From contig CBDHCQ010000004.1 in the NCBI GenBank assembly GCA_965261255.1, positions 2,104,076 through 2,168,075 on the forward strand: 64,000 nucleotides of DNA, read 5' to 3'. The notes under the pieces are model-generated. The model searched no databases, had not been told where the DNA came from, and was given only the letters and a program-made list of their open reading frames with translations. Position 1 is the stretch's first letter, and every line of letters starts with the position of its first letter. Below, piece after piece: positions 28,334 through 38,200 of the stretch. The stretch comes from Rhodothermales bacterium. GTDB taxonomy: Bacteria; Bacteroidota; Rhodothermia; Rhodothermales; Bin80. Made by a program: the position numbers and the translations under genes.

Positions 28334-29803
28334 CTATACTGTGGCCAGCTTCCACTTACCCCGCCTGAACAGTAGTACGCTCACGACTGCTAGCGTAGAG
28401 AACGATACGGTCATGGCAATAAAGACCCCCGTCGGCCCCAGCCCACCCAAGACTGAAAGCCCCCACGCCAATGGAATCTCCCAAGCCCAAAAGCAAAAGA
28501 AGTTCAGAATAGTCGGTGTCCATACAGCACCCGCGCCGTTGAAAGCGGCAGTTAAGACCATTCCGTAGCCATAGAATACAAAGCCAATTGACACTATCCG
28601 TAATCCTGTAATTGCCACTTCTGACGTAGCAGCGGTTCCTCCGAACAAGCCAACGATCGTGGGCGCAAAGGCTATGAAGAACACACTTATCACTCCCAGA
28701 AAGATGAAATTGATTTTGCAGGCGATCCACGCGGAGCGTTCAGCACGTGCAGGATTTCCCGCACCCAGGTTCTGCCCCACCATGGTAGCTGCTGCATTAG
28801 AGAGTCCCCAGGCAGGCAGTATTGCAAAAAGTATGATCCGAATCGCAATAACGTAGCCCGCCAGCGCTTCAGCTCCCGAAATTGCCGTGACCCGAATCAG
28901 TCCGATCCAGCTGGCGCTGGCGATGAATATTTGTAGCATGCCGGTAGCCGAAAGACGTACCAGGCGCACCATGACCCCGAACTGGATCCATAAATGTGCA
29001 AGGCGGATCCGTATTTTTTCGCTGCGGCGAAGCAGCACGTAAACCTGGACAAGAACAGCTGTTCCACGACCAATCGTAGTTGCTATCGCCGCTCCCTGTA
29101 CGCCCATCTCTGGAAAGGGCCCAATCCCAAAAATGAGAAGAGGATCCAGAATGATATTGAGCCCGTTGGCTATCCAGAGTACGCGCATTGCAATCGCTGC
29201 ATCGCCCGCCCCACGAAAAGCAGCGTTTTGCAGAAAAAGCAATAGAATAACCGCATTACCTGCGAGCATTACCCGGGTGTAAGGAAGCCCAATGGCGATC
29301 GTGGCCTCATCCGCCCCCATGATCTGCAGGATTTCGGGTGCGAAAATAACGCCTGGAATTGCGAACCCGATTGCCAATAGCAGCCCCAGCAGGATCGCTT
29401 GACCCGTCGCTCGGGAGGCCCCTTCTGGATCGTCTTCGCCGATCCGGCGTGCTACCATAGCCGTAACCCCAATACTGAGCCCCAACGCCACTGTATAGAT
29501 TAAACTCAGTACTGATTCGGTAAGTGCAACCCCCGCCATCGCCGCATCTCCAAGCTTCGAAACGAAAAAGATATCAACGACTGCGAAAAGCGACTCCATC
29601 ACCATTTCCAGCACCATTGGAATGGCCAGGAGAATGACTGCGCGTCGGATCGGCCCTTTGGTTGGATCGCCTCCGGTCCCCCTCACGGCGTGAACAAAGA
29701 CATTCCACCAGCTTTCGGTGGGCTGCCGCTCCGAAGAAGTAGGTGAAGCAGGGTTCACCTGGCTGTGGGGTTGACCGACTTCTTCCATGAGGTATTTGGC
29801 CAA
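28334..29803 (-). CDS. MATE-family efflux transporter
   Basis: 489 aa with 12 predicted TM helices and a typical MATE N-terminus (ILLAIPMVLEMVMESLFAVVDIFFVSKLG). Confidence 0.85.
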   Translation of the reverse strand: MAKYLMEEVGQPHSQVNPASPTSSERQPTESWWNVFVHAVRGTGGDPTKGPIRRAVILLAIPMVLEMVMESLFAVVDIFFVSKLGDAAMAGVALTESVLSLIYTVALGLSIGVTAMVARRIGEDDPEGASRATGQAILLGLLLAIGFAIPGVIFAPEILQIMGADEATIAIGLPYTRVMLAGNAVILLLFLQNAAFRGAGDAAIAMRVLWIANGLNIILDPLLIFGIGPFPEMGVQGAAIATTIGRGTAVLVQVYVLLRRSEKIRIRLAHLWIQFGVMVRLVRLSATGMLQIFIASASWIGLIRVTAISGAEALAGYVIAIRIILFAILPAWGLSNAAATMVGQNLGAGNPARAERSAWIACKINFIFLGVISVFFIAFAPTIVGLFGGTAATSEVAITGLRIVSIGFVFYGYGMVLTAAFNGAGAVWTPTILNFFCFWAWEIPLAWGLSVLGGLGPTGVFIAMTVSFSTLAVVSVLLFRRGKWKLATV

Positions 29804-30146
29804 TCAATTGCTCCTAGGCAAAAGCACATTGAAAAGAATTCACCAAGGATCAACTTACATGTGTTGCGGCATCGCGTGAGCTAAAGCGGAATAAGTCATT
29901 CCCCTGCGCCAAAAGAATCCCATCAAAACCGACAGATTGCAACCCGCGCCGAGCAAATACTGTAATGACAGTGATCTGTTCGTATCCGACTGCACAATCA
30001 GATAAGTCGGGAATATTGTGCTCCAGTTCGGATCCTGGCCCTGTTATATGTTACCATGCTCTATGAGCCTTGCGATCCTTAAACTACCAGAGAGCATCCA
30101 GGCCATGAAGTACGAGCACTCTTGCCCCTCCTCCAATCCAGCTTAC

Positions 30147-30872
30147 ATGAACAATCTCCTCGAAATTCTTACCACGCAGGATGGCAGTCGAACACTATAC
30201 AGTAGGCAGTACCAACAATCCTTCCGTTCGGTGCATGGTGCCCTAACGGAGGCTCGTCATGTGTTTCTCGAGGGCTCGGGAACAGAAGAACTCCTTAAAT
30301 CACAACAGGAGGTCCGTGTTTTGGAGATCGGATTCGGTGCTGGCCTCAACTGGCTGATTACCGCCTTAGCCGCTCGTCAACATCGTACGCGCCTAACCTA
30401 CACCGCGTGGGATAAGCAGATACCAAGTGCTGGATTATTGTCTCAGTTAGATTATGGCGACCTCATCGGAGCCCCCGCGCTGGCGACCACGATAGAAGAA
30501 TGGCGGAGGACTTTCGTCAGCGACGTACCCGATGGCACGTACAACCTGCCATACGAGCACGACAGCACACTCCAACTGTGCATTGGTGAAGCAACTGAAG
30601 CGATTCTTCCCGACCGCTTCTACGACAGTGTATACCTTGATGCTTTCGATCCAGGAGCTAACCCAGAACTTTGGGTCCCCGAATTCTTCGGGCAGTTATA
30701 CAAAGCGCTCCGTGATGGCGGCTGCCTTGCAACCTATTCAGTAGCCGGACATGTTCGACGTGCACTCACTTCATGTGGATTCTCCGTTGTTCGCCGGCCT
30801 GGTCCGCCTGGCAAACGGCAAGTGCTTGCAGCATGGAAGCACGAAACTGCAGGATTCAGGTCGGATCGGTAA
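30147..30872 (+). CDS. MnmC-like tRNA (mnm5s2U34) methyltransferase domain protein (DUF752-type)
   Basis: Carries TQDGSRTLYS, VLEIGFGAGLN and YLDAFDPGANPELW...LATYSVAGHVRRAL. The start is ambiguous: in-frame ATGs occur at 30018, 30105 and 30147. Confidence 0.65.
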   Translation: MNNLLEILTTQDGSRTLYSRQYQQSFRSVHGALTEARHVFLEGSGTEELLKSQQEVRVLEIGFGAGLNWLITALAARQHRTRLTYTAWDKQIPSAGLLSQLDYGDLIGAPALATTIEEWRRTFVSDVPDGTYNLPYEHDSTLQLCIGEATEAILPDRFYDSVYLDAFDPGANPELWVPEFFGQLYKALRDGGCLATYSVAGHVRRALTSCGFSVVRRPGPPGKRQVLAAWKHETAGFRSDR

Positions 30873-31281
30873 TTCTGAGAGATCCATCCCTGGTCAATTC
30901 GGCATGCCGACCGTCCTCGAGTGTCTCGAACTCCTTCGCCCGTATGGCCAATACAGGAATGGGCTTTTGATAAAGCTCGTCCGCCACCACGGAGGCGAGT
31001 ACCAAGAATGTATCTGTCTCGCTGGTAATGAGCGCCGCAGGCGCGGTACCCCTGCGGACCGCCTCGAGCAATACCGCAGTGGTAGTGCTTGAACCTCGCG
31101 AAGCCGGAATTGCCAAGATACATCCGGCTGCAATCTTTCCTGCCAACGGATGCCTCCGGTCAATTATTTCGCCGGTAAACTGGCTATACCCTCCCCAAAA
31201 ACTAAGCGGCACACTGCCGACCAGAAGGGGACCTGAGGCCACTCCTTCCATCAGAACCTTGCCGTGTATCACGCGTCCCAT
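30856..31281 (-). CDS. Aconitase X swivel-domain protein (DUF126), small subunit
   Basis: Carries GKVLMEGVASGPLLV...LSFWGG...GEIIDRRHPLAGK...AIPASRGSS. The likely start MGRVIHG (31281) overlaps the large-subunit stop. Confidence 0.7.
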   Translation of the reverse strand: MGRVIHGKVLMEGVASGPLLVGSVPLSFWGGYSQFTGEIIDRRHPLAGKIAAGCILAIPASRGSSTTTAVLLEAVRRGTAPAALITSETDTFLVLASVVADELYQKPIPVLAIRAKEFETLEDGRHAELTRDGSLRITDPT

Positions 31282-32537
31282 AGCGTAGCATCGGTCTCTA
31301 TACGCCCCGATATTGCAGAGCGGACACAATCCTCGAGCGAACCATAGACAACATGCGTCCCCAACAGGCCCGGTGCATAGTAGGCATACTTAGCGGAATT
31401 CGTCATCAATGTATTGATTGAGTCGGGCAACATTGGACTGGTCAGGATACATGTGTCTACAGTTACCGTACCACCAAATTGAGTTATAGGCTCTAAATGG
31501 CCCGCCTTGTCCGCAAGTGCACGCACGATCCGGCTTGCCGTAACTAGAAACTGCACCCGATCATACTTGCGCTTCCCCGCCACAAGACTAGACAGTGCCG
31601 CAAATTCCCCCAACGAAAAATGTGGGCTGCCTAAGGCCACCATATCCAGTAAATCCCCGTCTGCCGTAGTCAATTCGTTACGCGCGGCCCGTAGCTTTTC
31701 CATCGTTATATCAAGTTTGCGCACGGGTTGTATGCCATCAAATGCCACGTTCATAGTAGGGGCTTCGGGAGTTATTCCAATGGCATGGTAGAGGGCCGTA
31801 GCCCCGGAAGAGGCCATTGCCGCCCCTAAAGCTTTCAGGTTATCCTCACCGGGATGTACCTCAAACCCTTCTATAACTGGTACCTGTATCCCGGCATCAA
31901 CACCGATAAGATGCCCCAAAACTCCGTAGAAGCTGTCGTCCTCCTGAAGACTAGCCGGCACATTCTTCAAACTATAAAGCAGTTGCCCCCGGCGGTTCTC
32001 TGCCAGATGCAATCCCGCTGCGGGGGCCCGTCCAGTTATCGCTGCACATATATCCAATAGATCAGGATAACGCGCCGTCCGCGCACCCAAAACTGAGTTA
32101 ATAAATACGACAGCACTGGATTCGCCCCAGGCCACCTGCTGCCCCATCACTGGACGCACGCTCTCCTGGTACGGAGCACAAGTCCATGTGGGCTTACACC
32201 CCATGGACTTATAGGCTGCCATCTGCCGTATAGATTTTTCGGCCCAGTCGGCAGGTACTGCCCACTGCCTCCAGCCATGCTCATCCACACCACTTACATT
32301 GAGAGTCGTAGGTACAACCACACGCGCGTCCCAGTTAGACAGACGCTCAGCGTACTCAAGCGTCGCATCACCCTGAAAGAGTGAGCTGTCAATGTGCGCG
32401 GCAGTGATATCCAAGAATTCCCGGCCTCCAAAAACCGGCAGCATACGTGCAAGGATTCGCATGGCCATCTGCCTCGCTTTGCCGCGTTCACCATGCAAAT
32501 CCGCATTGTCGCTTGGAGTAAGGTTCATGGAGGGCAT
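31269..32537 (-). CDS. Aconitase X catalytic-domain protein (DUF521), large subunit
   Basis: 422 aa with an N-terminus typical of DUF521 (LHGERGKARQMAMRILARM...ITAAHIDS). It is paired with the DUF126 gene. Confidence 0.7.
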   Translation of the reverse strand: MPSMNLTPSDNADLHGERGKARQMAMRILARMLPVFGGREFLDITAAHIDSSLFQGDATLEYAERLSNWDARVVVPTTLNVSGVDEHGWRQWAVPADWAEKSIRQMAAYKSMGCKPTWTCAPYQESVRPVMGQQVAWGESSAVVFINSVLGARTARYPDLLDICAAITGRAPAAGLHLAENRRGQLLYSLKNVPASLQEDDSFYGVLGHLIGVDAGIQVPVIEGFEVHPGEDNLKALGAAMASSGATALYHAIGITPEAPTMNVAFDGIQPVRKLDITMEKLRAARNELTTADGDLLDMVALGSPHFSLGEFAALSSLVAGKRKYDRVQFLVTASRIVRALADKAGHLEPITQFGGTVTVDTCILTSPMLPDSINTLMTNSAKYAYYAPGLLGTHVVYGSLEDCVRSAISGRIETDATLWDA

Positions 32538-33253
32538 TCGCCAAGGTTACATGGCCTTTATTACACAAAATTCCGCTGTTCTTACCCGTGGGTAATTATG
32601 CGGATTTTTCAAACTGAGGCTGTTACACAAAGCTATCGAATTTAAGGGATTAGTGCGATCTCAGTTTGTAGCTTGGTTGCATGCCTGGTCATTCAAAGCC
32701 CGTACCGACCAGATGAGTTTTAGTCAACATAAGATTGATGCATCTACTGCAAAGCGGTCCTTTTTGCGGATGCACTTACCAGTACCCTGCCCTTGCAAAT
32801 TGATCTGGATATACGTCTTACACTCATCGCCAGTACATTCTACCTAGCCTCAGAACAGTGACTGGACCCCCGGTATCAAACGGCGAAAACCAAGCCGTCT
32901 ACGACAAATTCGTCAATGCGCCCGCCACGATCATCACCTAGTATGACCAAATCGTTGTAGGCCTCACTCGACAAGCACGTAACACATGATTTTGTGCACT
33001 GATTATGCCGGTTCCCAAGGCCTTGCCCCTGGACGCATGATCGAAACCTCATCATAGAATACGTCTAAATCCACATGCCTCTGGTACGCGAACCCTCCGC
33101 AAAAAACGTGGTTAGCTATTCGGGCTAGAACCGCTACGTCAATAGGTAAAACCAGAGGATGTAAGGAAGGCTTATGCCTTCCCGATGAGCTGTTTCAGGT
33201 AGCGGCAACAGAGGACTCGCGCCCAAAATCTTCGCAATAACCGGAATTGACGC

Positions 33254-34474
33254 ATGAAGCATTCCTCTCAAAAATTTGGATGCCTTATTTCAATAGTCTC
33301 CGCTTCATTCGTACCTCACGAGGCCTGTCAGCCAGTTCGTCCGGTGAGACTCTGGTTTATGCTTGGTTGTGCGGTGATTCTGTGCTGCAATGTATTGGCA
33401 TTCGCCAATTGGGCGGACCAAGTATCCGGTACTGCCAATCCATCCCAAATTGAATTGGTCAAAGTGCTGACCATCGGTGACGAAGCACGCGAGAACGATG
33501 TAATCTTTGGAGAGATAAGCGGCCTCGTTGCGGTTGATAGCAGAGGCCGCATTTTCGTGGGCGAGGAACAGGATCCGCAGATTTACGCCTTCACACCTGA
33601 GGGGGACTTGATCAAATCCATTGGCCAACGGGGCGAAGGCCCAGGTGAGTTTTCACTCCTTGTTGACGTACGGATCGGCCCCGGCGACACGCTTTATGCA
33701 TTTGATGTCAGGCAGCGGCGGATTTCGGCCTTTGATCCATCCCTATTAGATTTTTCCCACTCCTTCGCGGTGGCAGAAGATACAGACAGCCGTCCAGCCA
33801 GGGACCTGATCGGCGTGATTAAAGCAGGCTTTGTTGTGACGTACGAGGATTTACCGTGGCCGGGTACAGAGTTCACAACGGAACGCTACAAGTACGCGAG
33901 GATCGTAAGCTGGCAAGGGCAGGCTGCGAATAAATCAATCGTGCGCGTCCCCTCGTCCGAATATATGATGGTACGGATGGGGAGCCGATTCTTGGGAGCA
34001 GCCATGCCATATCCGCGTGACCCGGTACTGTACATGGGTCCAAACGAATACGTTTACTCGGGCTCAACAGAAGCAATTGCCATTTCCGTGACAGCCGCCA
34101 ACGGTGTGCCACGCGAAACCGTCACGCATACGCTTGAATCGATACCGATCACAGATAGCGAACTGGAGAAATGGCTGGAACCTCTTTCTGAGGAAACATC
34201 CAGATTGGTTCGGAATTCCGACCTCCGTCAGACTAAGCCTGCGTACTCCGCTTTTGTAGTAGATGACAGCGGCAGGATTTGGGTTAGACCCACGCAGACA
34301 GACCCCGAAGCCACGGACGCCGAATGGATAGTTCTTGACATCCAGAGCCGCGTAGTCGGCAGAGTAGTGTTGCCTTCTTCCGTCAACCTCCAGGTAATTG
34401 CTGCGAGACGAGCTTACGCCGTGGACGAAGGTAACACCGGTGTTACCCTGGCAGTCTACGAGATAGTCGAGTAG
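33254..34474 (+). CDS. Secreted 6-bladed beta-propeller (NHL/TolB-like) protein
   Basis: Carries GQRGEGPGEF motifs and repeated beta-strand blades. The more likely start is MLGCAVILCC (about 33359), which gives a signal peptide. Confidence 0.5.
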   Translation: MKHSSQKFGCLISIVSASFVPHEACQPVRPVRLWFMLGCAVILCCNVLAFANWADQVSGTANPSQIELVKVLTIGDEARENDVIFGEISGLVAVDSRGRIFVGEEQDPQIYAFTPEGDLIKSIGQRGEGPGEFSLLVDVRIGPGDTLYAFDVRQRRISAFDPSLLDFSHSFAVAEDTDSRPARDLIGVIKAGFVVTYEDLPWPGTEFTTERYKYARIVSWQGQAANKSIVRVPSSEYMMVRMGSRFLGAAMPYPRDPVLYMGPNEYVYSGSTEAIAISVTAANGVPRETVTHTLESIPITDSELEKWLEPLSEETSRLVRNSDLRQTKPAYSAFVVDDSGRIWVRPTQTDPEATDAEWIVLDIQSRVVGRVVLPSSVNLQVIAARRAYAVDEGNTGVTLAVYEIVE

Positions 34475-34689
34475 AGACGTACCCAGCAATATCGAGCTAT
34501 TGAGCTTGGCCTACATAGTTTATGTCGGTAACTCCGTGAGTCATTGGTTAATAGACACTTAGCGTTCATTCTGGTAGTCGGATTGAGAGCGCTCTTGCCG
34601 GATAGGAGCGTGTAGAAGAGCCCACGAGGCCCTAATCACGCCCTCAGCTCATACGCAAAGTGTCCACCTCCAACGTTCGATTGGCAGCA

Positions 34690-35210
34690 TGATCATTGAA
34701 AAGATCCCGATTAATTCCTAGACCGCGACGATGCCTGTGCGCATCTGCATGTCCTGCAGTACCTCTTCGTGAACCCGAAAACAAGAAAGAAACTGGTCGG
34801 CTTTCCGTACAAGCCCAAAACGCACAAAGACCGTGGGCTTTTGGGCATGGACTAGTAGTGCATCCTAGCCTTGGTAGGCCTGAAGCAGGCTATCATATGC
34901 GAATCTGACCGCCTCGAATTTCTGGCCAATGAAGTGCAGATCCTGCACAGATGATAGATCACGGTATGGATGGCGTGCGATATATCCGACAAACAATCTG
35001 GAACAACGTGCAGCGCGTTCGCCGACATCTCTGGCGGAGGTCAACCAACCGGCAGTGGGGTGCGGCCGCATGGTGGTCGGCAATGAGAGACAACTCACGT
35101 GCCGACCGTTGCGACTCGAAAGCGGATCAGACCAATGTGCACTATCCTACCGATCTGTATCTGCTGCGGGACTTGACGCCGTGTCCCGCTCGTGAATACA
35201 TCTAAAGGGC
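34690..35210 (+). pseudogene. Decayed, truncated IS4/IS5-superfamily (IS1182/ISNCY-like) DDE transposase fragment
   Basis: Pieces are spread over three frames and broken by stops: ...KTHKDRGLLGMD*, LVGLKQAIICESDRLEFLANEVQ, and ...RADRCDSKADQTNVHYPTDLYLLRD. The last resembles the first catalytic-Asp region (DST..v..nI.YPTD..LL) of this superfamily. The rest of the enzyme is missing. Confidence 0.45.
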
Positions 35211-35245
35211 TGTAGAACATGAACCGCAGAAGGGAGAAACTTCTG

Positions 35246-38200
35246 TCAGAAGATCTCCCATCCTTTGAGCCACTCGTTGTCGGCTGCATAGTCCATGGGC
35301 GTCTTGCCGTACCGGTCAAGCGCGTTGGGATCGGCGCCCAAGTCCAACAGAACCGGAAACAGGACCGGGTTCCGCAGGGCGGCCAGATGAAGCGGAGTCC
35401 ATCCAGATCTGGCACGTGCATTTACGTCAGCTCCGGCCCGCACGAGCAATTCCAATACTGCCGGGTCAGGGCTTGCGTATACAGCCCAGTAGAGCGGGGG
35501 TGCACTAGGTCCATAGGTATGGTCCAAGTCACCGCGAGCGTTTACATCAGCCCCGCCTGCAATGAGCGCGGCGACTACCTCAGCGTCGCCGCGTTCCATG
35601 ACGGCTTCGTGCAAGGGCGTCCGGATTCCCGTGTACTTCGTCAACGTAATGGCTCCTCGCCAAGGGGTGGCCCCACGAACCATTGACGACGCCGCCACCA
35701 TGCTCCTGCGATCCGACCAAACTTCGTCATTGGCTCCCTGTGCGTTCACCTCAGCCCCGGCCGCTAGGAGCGCTTTTACAATTTCGGGATTTCTGTTCTT
35801 GGCTGCCGCTTCGTGCAGCGGGGTTCTGCCGCCTGGAAGCGGAGCATTCACCTCGCCGCCTCGGCTCACAAGAGCTGCGATAACCGCCGGATTTGAATTG
35901 TAGGCCGCTGCATCGTGGAGCGGCATTCGCCAACTGGTAGCTACTGCATTCACGTTGGCTCCGGCATCCAGCAACGCGAGGACGATTGCAGGATGTTCAT
36001 TGCGCGCAGCCTCATGCAACGGCGTGACATCCCATTTGTAGGGAGTACTGCCGTACCGCTGGGCCGGTCCGGTTGCCCAAGCTTGCACGTCGGCACCAGC
36101 CGCAACCAATTCAGCAATCACGGCGGATTCGGTATTGTCGCGGGCGGCGTAATGCAGAGGCGTGTAGTTGTCCTCGTTACGTGCGTTGACGTCTAAGTCG
36201 GCACCTACGAGCAGAGTGATCACCGTAGGATCCCTAGTCCACGCGGCAGCCACGTGAAGCGGAGTCGAATCGGCCTCGTACGATACCAGCTGCCCCGAGT
36301 GGTTTCTTACCTGGTTATACTGAACCTCGGCTTTAACCTCCGCACCGGATTCAATGCAACGGGCTACGATTTCGGCTGTTGCATAGCGAAAGAACACGGG
36401 ACTGGGCCATTTTGCGCAGCTCGCCGGGTCGGCCATCGTGCCCGAACTGTCCACCAGCGATGGATCGGCCTCCAGTTCCAGCAACTGGGCAACAGCAGTG
36501 GGATTTTTCTCCCGTACCGCCACATGCAACGGCGTCCCGCCGTTTTCGTCGCGTGCGTTTACGTCAGCTCCAGCGTGTACCAGAAACTGAATCATAGCGG
36601 GATGCCCCGAGCGACCTGACGCCGAATGCAATGGTGTACCGCCCGAGTTCTGGCGCGCATTTACATCAGCACCGCCTTCTACTAGCACCGTGGCCGTGGC
36701 GCGGTTGTCAAAGTGTGCTCCCGCGGCAACGTGCAGTGGCGTGGTGCCCGCTCGGTCACGCGCGTTCACCTCCGCACCGCCCTCCAGCAAGGCCGTCGCG
36801 GCATCCGGCAACGCAAGCGATCTGCTTGTACCTTTCGCTACGTGATGCAGAGGCGTTGATCCATCCCAACCACGCACGTCGGCGTCTGCTCCGGCTCCGA
36901 GCAACACCGCTATAGCGTCCGGGAGAAAATGATGATTCCAGTCCCGTTCATACACCAGGGTACGCAACGGCGTCTCCCCCCTGCCGTTCTTGGAATTGAA
37001 CCATATTCCAGCCGCACGGCACTCTTTGAGCCGGGCAACCGGAGCGACCGCGAACAAATCATAGTTTACCCAATCACACACCGGAAATTTTGGCGGTTCC
37101 ATCGCTACGACCTCCGGTTCTGGGAGTGCTCCCAGTTCCAGAAGCTTGTGCACGAGCTGGATATTTCCGCGCCTTGAAGCACTTTCAAGCGCAGTCTCGC
37201 CCTGATCGTTGCGCGCGTCCATGTCTGCTCCAGCATAAACTAATATGGCAACTGTCGCTGTGTCACGATCGGACGCCGCTAAACCCTCGAACTCAACCTC
37301 CGCTTTAAGCTCCGGCGGTGTGTTGAAGGCACGGGGCACGGGCCACCACCCTGACCTCATGCTCGCACCCACACGGTGCAATGGCGTATCACCGCCCTCG
37401 GCCCGTGCGTTTACGTCCGCACCTGCGTCCAGTAGCGCATGTACGATGTTTAGGTTTATCCTGGCGGATGCAAGATGCAACGGAGTGGTGCCCAAAGTGT
37501 CCCGAGAATTGACCTGCGCACCGCTAGCCAGCAGGATGTGAATTTGCGAGAGTGCTTTACCGCGACGAGCCAACAGGTGAAGCGGAGTTTCGCCGCTTGC
37601 CGCAGACGCATTTACGTCCGCGCCAGCCTCAATCAGCGCGTGCATCATGGGGCCTGTGGCCCTGGACCCATACTGCGCAGCAATGTGTAGTGGACTCCTT
37701 CCATTCACGTCCCGCGCGTTGGGATCTGCCCCCCGTTCCAGCAACCAGGCAACGGGCTCCTCATGGCTTGATTGCATTGCAGCATGGAGCGGCGTCTGAT
37801 TCGACACGTTGAGCGCATTCACATCCGCACCGGCTTCCAAGAATAACTCGGCGATGGAATTACGCTTGCTATGGACTACCCAGTGCAATGGGGTATTGCC
37901 GTCTCTGTCCCGAGCGCCCACATCCGCTCCGGCTTCAAGAAGTACCCGGGCAAAATCGTACTTATTATTCGATATCGTCCGGTGCAGCGGGGTTGCGCCG
38001 AGTTCGTCCTTCGCTTCTATGTCTGCACCCGCCTCCAGCAACAAAGCCGCAGCCGTGATATCGCCCCGGTTTGCCATTCGGTGTAGCGGCGTCATCTTGC
38101 GATGATCCAGCACGTTTGGATTCGCCCCTGCCTCCAACAGCAATGCCAGCGCGCCGTGGTACGGCTGCCGCGACCAGTCCCCAAGCATCAGATTCAGAGG

